DNA of 64,000 nucleotides from Escherichia coli (GTDB lineage Bacteria; Pseudomonadota; Gammaproteobacteria; Enterobacterales; Enterobacteriaceae): NCBI RefSeq assembly GCF_030013205.1, contig NZ_CP122648.1; one strand, 5' to 3'. Shown piece by piece: positions 50,460 to 64,000 of this stretch (position 1 is its first letter; each line of letters starts with the position of its first letter). The notes under the pieces were generated by a model. It saw only the letters and a program-made list of their open reading frames with translations, ran no database searches and was not told where the DNA came from. The position numbers and the translations under genes were made by a program.

Positions 50460-50560
50460 CTTTGTTTCCAAACCCGCTGAATAATTTTTAGCGAGTATAC
50501 CTGTAAACGCCGTAGGTGTATTGGGGGCAAGTCCCTTTCGCCCCTACTTAATAAGGCGCG

Positions 50561-51771
50561 TCAGGCATCGGCGCACGGCTGCATTCGTGATCTCCGGCTC
50601 ATCAAAATAAACACTGCCAGGCCGGCAACAAGAATACCCGGCGCAGAAGCGGCCATTACGCCAACCGTGCCAGTGCCTAATGCCAGCATTTTCCCGGCCA
50701 GTAACGGACCGCTCATAGCCCCCAGACGCCCTACCGCCACGGCTGTTCCCACACCTGTTGCGCGGATCTGCGAACTGTAAAACAACGGTGCCAGGGCATA
50801 CAAAACGCTTTGCCCACCTGTCGCAAACAACCCCGCGACGAATCCCGCCAGCAACATACCGTTAAATGACGACACCGTTCCCAGCGCCAGCAGCGAAGCT
50901 AACATGCCGCTATAAATCAGTAGCGACATGGTTACTGGACGCAGCTTATCCATCAATGCGCCCAACATTAACGTCCCGCTTGCCGCACCCATTTGCAGTG
51001 CAAACATCACCCCTGCCGCCTGCGATGGCTGGAATCCTTGCTCCACCAAAAGCAGCGGTAGCCAGTTGATCAACATGTAGACCACCAGCAGAGTGAAGAA
51101 ATAACACAACCACAGCAGCAGCGTCGCGGTTGCCGTTTCTGGCGCAAATAACGCACGCAGTGGTGGCGCAGCCTGTTTTTCGCCAGCGAAAACCGCCGAC
51201 TCCGGCAGCCAGCGCATTAATAGCGGCACCAGAATCAACGGCACCACACCACCTACCCAAAACACCGTTTGCCATGCTAAGTTTGCCCCCGCGAAACCCA
51301 GTGTCGCGCCAGCGCCGCGCCAATGGGGACACCGCAATACATCAGGCTCACTGCCGTCCCACGAAAACGTGGCCCCGCGGCTTCAGACGTCAGGGCGATC
51401 AGATTCGGCAACGCCGCCCCCAGCCCGACACCGGTCATCAGTCGCGCAAAGACCAGTGAGGGGAAATCCCAGGCAATCGCCGTTGCCAGTGAGAACAAAC
51501 CAAACAGCGCAACTGAGCTAATTAAAATACGCTTACGACCATAACGGTCCGCCAGCATTCCGCCAACCAGCGCGCCGGGTAGCAAACCGAGTATTCCGGC
51601 GCTGAATATCCAGCCCATTTGCATTTTATCGAGTGCGAAAGCCTGGGCGATGCCACCCGCCGCAATGCCAGCCGCCTGAAGATCCAGTCCTTCCATCAGA
51701 GCGACCAAAAAACAAAGCCCGATGGTCAGCATCAGGTGGGATGAAGATGATGAAGGGGTACGAGTCGACAT
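50561..51771 (-). pseudogene. mhpT: 3-hydroxyphenylpropionate MFS transporter MhpT, apparently frameshifted
   Basis: Two overlapping ORFs (51277..51840 and 50561..51337) jointly cover the 403-aa MhpT sequence; the frame switches at ~51305-51310 (ctg gcg cga cac where an intact frame needs ctg gcg gcg aca ctg), consistent with a 1-nt deletion. Confidence 0.7.
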
Positions 51772-51866
51772 AAGATGAACCTCGTTGCGAGTGCAGGTGA
51801 ATCGCGGCTGATACATTGCCAGCCGCGTAATCAGAACCATTTAATGACTGCCTACGGGCGAAATAT

Positions 51867-51900
<34 letters not shown>

Positions 51901-51946
51901 TCGTGCTGGGATGGGCATACAAAATGCACGTTCTCGGCAGTCATCA

Positions 51947-52956
51947 TTATTTGTTGTTGCGCAGATCCAGCGCCACATCGACGATCATATCCTCCTGACC
52001 GCCAACCATCCGGCGTTTGCCCAACTCAACGAGAATATCCACCGCACTTAAGCCATAACGCGCCGCCGCCGTTTCACAGTGACGCAGGAAGCAGGAGTAA
52101 ACACCAGCGTATCCCAGCGCCAGCGTTTCGCGATCGACTCGTACCGGTCGATCCTGCAACGGACGCACCAGGTCGTCAGCGGCATCCATTAACGCATAGA
52201 GATCGGTCCCATGCTGCCAACCCAGTTTATCCGCGGCGGCAATAAATACTTCCAGCGGCGCGTTACCTGCGCCCGCTCCCATTCCCGCGAGGCTGGCGTC
52301 GATTCGGTCACAGCCCTCTTCCACCGCCGCGATAGAGTTCGCCACGCCAAGACTCAGGTTATGGTGAGCGTGCATGCCGGTTTGCGTTTCTGGTTTCAGC
52401 TCTGCTTTCAGGGCGCGGAAACGGTCACGGATATCGCTCATGTTCATCGCACCGCCAGAATCCACCACATAAATACAGGTCGCACCGTAGCCTTCCATCA
52501 GCTTTGCCTGCTTTGCGAGATTCTCCGGCGTGGTCATATGGCTCATCATCAGAAAACCAACGGTGTCCATTCCGAGCTCGCGGGCATACTGAATATGCTG
52601 GGCGGAAACATCAGCTTCGGTACAGTGCGTTGCCACACGAACCACCCGCGCGCCAGCCTGCCAGGCATTTTTCAGATCGTGAATAGTGCCGATTCCTGGC
52701 AGCAACAACGTCGCGATTTTGGCGTGCTTCACCACATCCGCCGCTGCTTCAATCCATTCAAGGTCGCTATGTGCGCCGAAACCATAGTTAAAGCTGGCCC
52801 CCTGCAAACCGTCGCCATGGGCCACTTCAATCGAATCCACGCGGGCATCATCCAGTGCTTTGGCAATCTGGCGAACGTTTTCCAGCGAATACTGATGACG
52901 AATGGCGTGCATACCGTCACGCAACGTGACGTCCGAAATATAAAGTTTTTTACCGT

Positions 52957-52960
<4 letters not shown>
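51947..52960 (-). CDS. mhpE: 4-hydroxy-2-oxovalerate aldolase
   Basis: 337-aa match to E. coli MhpE; overlaps mhpF by 4 bp. Confidence 0.95.
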
Positions 52961-54722
<1,762 letters not shown>

Positions 54723-55589
54723 TTAAGGGCGTGCGAGGAAATTCAGCACCAGTTGATTGAAAGCGTCGGCATGTTCCCACTGCGCCCAGTGACCACAGTC
54801 GCGGAAGATATGCAGTTCAGAACCGGCAATGCCGGACAGCAGACGCAGACCCGCATCCATCGGCACAAAGCGGTCGTTGCGCCCCCAGACAATCAGGGTT
54901 TGCGCTTTGATTTCCGCCAGACGTGGGCCAAAATCCGGGAACTGTTTCGGATTGGCTTCCAGGCTCTTAACGAAGTTTTCCAGGTGAACGCGGCGCGACA
55001 GCATATTATTCAGGCGCGCTTCAAACAGGGCGTCGGTCAAATCGCTGGTATCAAAAACGAAGATATCCATCATCAGCTTCAGGTTTTCGATAGTCGGCTG
55101 ACGATAAAGCTGATTCAGTCGCTTAATACCTTCGGTTGGCATCGGCGTAAACAAACTCATGCCGCCCGTACCGCCGCCCATCAGCACCAGTTTGCCGACG
55201 CGCTCCGGCCAGTTAAGAGTGAACGCCACAGAACTGTGGCCGCCCATCGAGTTGCCTAGCAGGTGGATTTTGGCGATATCCAGTTGATCCACCACGCTTT
55301 TCAGGATTCGCGCATTAAGATCCGATCGCGAACCACTATTAACGATCGAATCGCTCTTACCCCAACCCGGGCAATCCAGCAGGATCACCCGATAGCCCGC
55401 CTCTACCAGCGGATCGATATTGCGGCTGAAGTTCGCCCAGCCAGTAGCACCCGGGCCGGAACCATGCAGCAAGACAACAGTTTCGTCGCCTTGTCCGCAG
55501 TCATTAAAATGGATGCGCAGCGTTTTACCCGCTTCTTCTACATTCAGAAAACGGCTGGTGGCGGCTTCGGTTTGTGGCTGATAACTCAT
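54723..55589 (-). CDS. mhpC: 2-hydroxy-6-ketonona-2,4-dienedioate hydrolase
   Basis: 288 aa from [15 protein letters not shown] with alpha/beta-hydrolase nucleophile motif GNSMGG; the ORF-track start at 55652 is an upstream extension. Confidence 0.9.
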   Translation of the reverse strand: MSYQPQTEAATSRFLNVEEAGKTLRIHFNDCGQGDETVVLLHGSGPGATGWANFSRNIDPLVEAGYRVILLDCPGWGKSDSIVNSGSRSDLNARILKSVVDQLDIAKIHLLGNSMGGHSSVAFTLNWPERVGKLVLMGGGTGGMSLFTPMPTEGIKRLNQLYRQPTIENLKLMMDIFVFDTSDLTDALFEARLNNMLSRRVHLENFVKSLEANPKQFPDFGPRLAEIKAQTLIVWGRNDRFVPMDAGLRLLSGIAGSELHIFRDCGHWAQWEHADAFNQLVLNFLARP

Positions 55590-55606
55590 CATCTTCTCCT
55601 GCATAT

Positions 55607-56551
55607 TCAGTTCTCTGTTCTGGCGCTTAACGAGCCAAATCCGGCAATCCACTCCGGGATTGGGCGGTAATAACGCCCTTCGCTACGCCAGTTGCCAAAC
55701 GCAGAAATAGCGGCAAAAGCGGCGACCCAGGTTTTGATTTCATGTGTCGACTTTCCGGCAATGGCGGAAAGCTCTTCGTTACTGACGGCATCCAGTTCCT
55801 GTATGCGTCCCTGCTCCAGCAAAGTCATGAACTGGTTATCCCAAATCGGGTTGAGCGGATGCAGCGTTCTCTGATCCTCAACAAACTTCTCAGCGGCGCT
55901 AATCACCCGCTGCTGACGCAATTCGCGCTCACTGGCGGGTAAATCTTTCCCGCTCCCCAACAGACGGTCGCGCATATGGGCATCGGCTTTCGCCAGTTCG
56001 GGCACCGGCGGCTGATGGGAAAGCCCACCGGAACCCAGGAACAGCACGCGTTTATTGAGAGTGCTGGTGAAACGTCCAATGGCTTCACCCAACATGCGGG
56101 TACGCTGGAAACCGGGCAGCGGCGTGGCAACACCGTTGATGAACACCGGCAGTACTGGCACCTTATCCAGCCCGCCGAGCAGGAACTCCAGCGGCTGGGC
56201 GAACCCGTGGTCCACCTGCATACAGTAAGAAACGGCAAGATCGATTCCGCTCTTCATGACGGCATGCGCACAGGCCTCCGCCAGCTCCACAGGCACGGGC
56301 AGCTCACCTGCCGCACTGCCGAAATCACCAATTGCCGTCGCTCCAACGCCTAAACAGAACGGTGGCATCACGTCATAGAAAAAGCCGTTGTAGTGATCTG
56401 GCGCAAACAGCACCACCAGTTCAGGGGAGAAAGCCGCAATACGCTCGCGGGCGCTGGCAATCACGCCATTGACCTCATCGAGCACCTCTTGCGCCGGGTC
56501 GACATACCCCACCAGCGGCGAGTGGGAAAGACAGTGAAGATAAGCGTGCAT
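55607..56551 (-). CDS. mhpB: 3-(2,3-dihydroxyphenyl)propionate 1,2-dioxygenase (extradiol)
   Basis: 314-aa match to E. coli MhpB. Confidence 0.93.
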
Positions 56552-56552
56552 A

Positions 56553-58217
56553 TCAGGCTACCTTTTCGACAGAAACGTCGGCATCAGGGCGGGTCAGCGT
56601 CATCACCGACGCCAGTTTATTCAGGGTCTTGCCCAGGGTTTGCGGAATGGCGGTGGCGGCAACAAAGCGATCCGGGCGCATCACCACCAGCGAAGCATTG
56701 TGTTGCGCGAACCAGCTACGCAGGCGACCTTGCGTATCGCCCACGCGTAGTACGCCGTCGTGGTTATCCTGTGCGGTATGAATTTGCACTTCCGGCACCA
56801 CCTGAATGAAGCGTGTGCCCAACGCGCGCCACTGCTGGATTTGCTCGTCGCTCATCCCCCACAGTGGATTGCATCCCCAGCCAATTACCGCGAAGTTCGC
56901 GCCGATCGCGTTATCGAGCAGCGTCACGTCGCCGTTTTCCAGCGTGACTTTCGGCTGAATAAACATCTTGCCGACCGGAGAGTGCTTCGCTTCGCCCTCA
57001 CGCACCAGCGCACCGCCGTAATATTGCGGCATCGGCTTGAAGCGCATTTCGAGGAAGTAGCGTTTTACTGGCGGCAGATAATTCAACAGCCAGGAAACGC
57101 CGTCACGTAACGTACCCTGCCAGCGTTTCGGTGGAGCCAGCACGTTGCCCGCCGTCACGGACAGGTCAATCATCGCTTTGGCGTGATCGCGACGTTCTTG
57201 TTGATAGGTATCGAGCAGCGCATCACGGGCTTTCCCCTGGATAACCAACGCCAGTTTCCATGCGAGGTTAAAGGCGTCGCGCATACCACTGTTATAGCCC
57301 TGCCCCTGCCACACCGGCATGATGTGCGCGGCATCGCCCGCCAGCAGTACGCGATCAATACGGAAACGTTGCGCCAGTCGCGCGTTGTGGGTGTAGACAC
57401 GCTGGCGAATCAATTCAACATTGTCCGGATTAGGCAGCACTTTGCTTAACAGCTTGCGCATATTTTGCGGCTCACGCAGCTGTTCTTCGGTTTCTCCCGG
57501 CATCACCATAAATTCAAAGCGACGTACCGCATGAGGCAGCGCGGCAGAAACATACGGGCGCACCGGATCACAACACAAATAGATATGCGGCGTACTTAAC
57601 GGATCGTTGGCGATATCTACCACAATCCACTGATTTGGCGCAGTTTTACCTTCAAACGGCACATTCAGGGTGCGACGGACAAAACTTGCCCCACCATCAC
57701 AGGCCACCAGCCACTGGGCTTTGACCGTTTCCCGCTGCCCTTCTTCCGTTTTCAGGTGCAAGGTCACTTCGTCATCTTGCTGGCTGAAGGCCTCCAGCTC
57801 GCGGGAAAACAGGCAGCGCACATTCGGAAAACGCGACAATCCTTCCAGCATCACCGCATCGACCTGAGGCTGAATAAAGGCGTTACGGCGCGGCCAGCCA
57901 AATTCATCGGTCATTGGCTGAATATCAGCAAAACAGCGGCCTTTCGGGGTGAGAAAACGCATCGCGTGCCACGGCGTAGTGTGCGGCAGAACATTATCGA
58001 CCAGGCCAACCGACTGCATGGTGCGCAGCGCCTCGTCATCAATACCAATCGCCCGCGGGTAGTCGATCAACTTATCGAGTTTCTCCACCACCAGCACGTC
58101 AATGCCCATCTGGCCGAGATAGTTCGCCATCATCAGCCCGACCGGACCGGCACCAGCGATCGCCACCTGAACGCTATGGTTAACAGCAGGCTGGATGTCA
58201 GGGTGTTGTATTGCCAT
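56553..58217 (-). CDS. mhpA: 3-(3-hydroxyphenyl)propionate hydroxylase (FAD monooxygenase)
   Basis: 554 aa with N-terminal FAD-binding motif ([21 protein letters not shown]); matches E. coli MhpA. Confidence 0.95.
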   Translation of the reverse strand: MAIQHPDIQPAVNHSVQVAIAGAGPVGLMMANYLGQMGIDVLVVEKLDKLIDYPRAIGIDDEALRTMQSVGLVDNVLPHTTPWHAMRFLTPKGRCFADIQPMTDEFGWPRRNAFIQPQVDAVMLEGLSRFPNVRCLFSRELEAFSQQDDEVTLHLKTEEGQRETVKAQWLVACDGGASFVRRTLNVPFEGKTAPNQWIVVDIANDPLSTPHIYLCCDPVRPYVSAALPHAVRRFEFMVMPGETEEQLREPQNMRKLLSKVLPNPDNVELIRQRVYTHNARLAQRFRIDRVLLAGDAAHIMPVWQGQGYNSGMRDAFNLAWKLALVIQGKARDALLDTYQQERRDHAKAMIDLSVTAGNVLAPPKRWQGTLRDGVSWLLNYLPPVKRYFLEMRFKPMPQYYGGALVREGEAKHSPVGKMFIQPKVTLENGDVTLLDNAIGANFAVIGWGCNPLWGMSDEQIQQWRALGTRFIQVVPEVQIHTAQDNHDGVLRVGDTQGRLRSWFAQHNASLVVMRPDRFVAATAIPQTLGKTLNKLASVMTLTRPDADVSVEKVA

Positions 58218-58407
58218 TTCAGTACCTCACGACTCGGACAAAATGCCGTTGCGCGCACAGTACAGCGCAACTTATTTTGTTAAAAACATGTAAATGATTT
58301 TTTATTGTGCGCTCAGTATAGGAAGGGTGTTTTCGGCTACAATCAAAACATGCCCGAATGTGCACCAGGTGCACAACGTTGTTTTAACTATAGAAATGTC
58401 AATTAAT

Positions 58408-59241
58408 ATGCAGAACAATGAGCAGACGGAATACAAAACCGTGCGCGGCTTAACCCGCGGTCTAATGTTATTAAATATGTTAAATAAACTTGATGGCGGT
58501 GCCAGCGTCGGGCTGCTGGCGGAACTCAGCGGCCTGCATCGCACCACTGTGCGGCGACTGCTGGAGACGCTGCAGGAAGAGGGATATGTCCGGCGTAGTC
58601 CCTCCGATGACAGTTTTCGTCTGACCATCAAAGTGCGGCAATTAAGCGAAGGATTTCGTGACGAACAGTGGATTTCTGCACTGGCGGCCCCACTGCTGGG
58701 CGATCTGTTGCGCGAAGTGGTATGGCCGACAGATGTGTCCACGCTGGATGTTGATGCAATGGTGGTACGCGAAACCACTCACCGTTTCAGCCGCTTATCC
58801 TTTCACCGGGCAATGGTCGGGCGACGTTTACCGCTCCTGAAAACCGCCTCGGGCCTGACCTGGCTGGCCTTTTGCCCGGAACAAGAACGCAAGGAATTAA
58901 TCGAAATGTTAGCCACCCGTCCCGGTGATGACTATCAACTGGCACGGGAACCGTTAAAACTGGAAGCCATTCTGGCGCGGGCGCGCAAAGAGGGGTACGG
59001 ACAGAACTACCGCGGCTGGGATCAAGAAGAAAAGATCGCCTCCATTGCCGTACCGCTGCGCAGTGAACAACGGGTGATTGGCTGTCTGAATCTGGTGTAT
59101 ATGGCGAGCGCAATGACCATTGAACAGGCAGCGGAAAAGCATCTTCCGGCGCTGCAACGGGTGGCAAAACAGATCGAAGAAGGGGTTGAATCGCAGGCTA
59201 TTCTGGTGGCCGGACGGCGAAGCGGCGTGCATTTACGTTGA
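58408..59241 (+). CDS. mhpR: IclR-family transcriptional activator of the mhp operon
   Basis: 277 aa from MQNNEQTEYKTVRGLTRGL, matching E. coli MhpR; divergent from mhpA. The ORF-track start at 58294 is an upstream extension. Confidence 0.9.
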   Translation: MQNNEQTEYKTVRGLTRGLMLLNMLNKLDGGASVGLLAELSGLHRTTVRRLLETLQEEGYVRRSPSDDSFRLTIKVRQLSEGFRDEQWISALAAPLLGDLLREVVWPTDVSTLDVDAMVVRETTHRFSRLSFHRAMVGRRLPLLKTASGLTWLAFCPEQERKELIEMLATRPGDDYQLAREPLKLEAILARARKEGYGQNYRGWDQEEKIASIAVPLRSEQRVIGCLNLVYMASAMTIEQAAEKHLPALQRVAKQIEEGVESQAILVAGRRSGVHLR

Positions 59242-59317
59242 CACCATCGAATGGCGCAAAACCTTTCGTGGTATGGCATGATAGCGCCCGGAAGAAAGTC
59301 AATTCAGGGTGGTGAAT

Positions 59318-60392
59318 GTGAAACCAGTAACGCTATACGATGTCGCAGAGTATGCCGGTGTCTCTTATCAGACCGTTTCCCGCGTGGTGAACCAGGCCAG
59401 CCACGTTTCTGCGAAAACGCGGGAAAAAGTGGAAGCGGCGATGGCGGAGCTGAATTACATTCCCAACCGCGTGGCACAACAACTGGCGGGCAAACAGTCG
59501 TTGCTGATTGGCGTTGCCACCTCCAGTCTGGCCCTGCACGCGCCGTCGCAAATTGTCGCGGCGATTAAATCTCGCGCCGATCAACTGGGTGCCAGCGTGG
59601 TGGTGTCGATGGTAGAACGAAGCGGCGTCGAAGCCTGTAAAGCGGCGGTGCACAATCTTCTCGCGCAACGCGTCAGTGGGCTGATCATTAACTATCCGCT
59701 GGATGACCAGGATGCCATTGCTGTGGAAGCTGCCTGCGCTAATGTTCCGGCGTTATTTCTTGATGTCTCTGACCAGACACCCATCAACAGTATTATTTTC
59801 TCCCATGAAGACGGTACGCGACTGGGCGTGGAGCATCTGGTCGCATTGGGTCACCAGCAAATCGCGCTGTTAGCAGGTCCATTAAGTTCTGTCTCGGCAC
59901 GTCTGCGCCTGGCGGGCTGGCATAAATATCTCACTCGCAATCAAATTCAGCCGATAGCGGAACGGGAAGGCGACTGGAGTGCCATGTCCGGTTTTCAACA
60001 AACCATGCAAATGCTGAATGAGGGCATCGTTCCCACTGCGATGCTGGTTGCCAACGATCAGATGGCGCTGGGCGCAATGCGCGCCATTACCGAGTCCGGG
60101 CTGCGCGTTGGTGCGGATATCTCGGTAGTGGGATACGACGATACCGAAGACAGCTCGTGTTATATCCCGCCGTTAACCACCATCAAACAGGATTTTCGCC
60201 TGCTGGGGCAAACCAGCGTGGACCGCTTGTTGCAACTCTCTCAAGGCCAGGCGGTGAAGGGCAATCAGCTGTTGCCCGTCTCACTGGTGAAAAGAAAAAC
60301 CACCCTTCCGCCCAATACGCAAACCGCTTCTCCCCAGGCGTTGGCAGATTCTTTAATGCAGCTGGCGCGACAAATTTCCCGACTCGAAAGCG

Positions 60393-60400
<8 letters not shown>
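59318..60400 (+). CDS. lacI: lactose operon repressor
   Basis: GTG start at 59318 gives 360 aa beginning (M)KPVTLYDVAEYAGVSYQTVSRVVNQ, matching LacI and ending ...RLESGQ. Confidence 0.97.
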
Positions 60401-63597
<3,197 letters not shown>

Positions 63598-63603
63598 TAA
63601 TAA

Positions 63604-64000
<397 letters not shown>

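Overview
This window is Escherichia coli core chromosome covering the tgt/queA to lacZ/lacY region, in the reverse orientation to the K-12 map. The gene order is tgt, queA, acpH, malZ, proY, brnQ, phoRB, sbcDC, araJ, mak, rdgC, ppnP, aroM, yaiA, aroL, yaiI, proC, dgcC, psiF, phoA, iraP, ddlA, yaiZYW, sbmA, ampH, yaiV, yaiT, hemB, tauDCBA, yaiSPXO, frmRAB, yaiL, mhpT, mhpEFDCBA, mhpR, lacI, lacZ and the start of lacY. All gene identities are from my reading of the supplied translations against remembered E. coli proteins; no database search was run. Most of the window is ordinary, well-characterised core genome. The one strong candidate for something undescribed is a ~1.6 kb AT-rich segment between the convergent acpH and malZ genes that carries a single 485-aa ORF (3207..4664, minus strand) with no family I can recognise and an internal Glu/Lys-rich tandem repeat. 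Other strain-specific features are an IS200 copy inserted between brnQ and proY, an ERIC-like repeat between queA and acpH, and apparent 1-bp frameshifts in tauD and mhpT. The yaiT autotransporter and yaiX acyltransferase are intact here, whereas K-12 carries IS insertions in both. I found no CRISPR array, tRNA, rRNA, integrase or prophage module.
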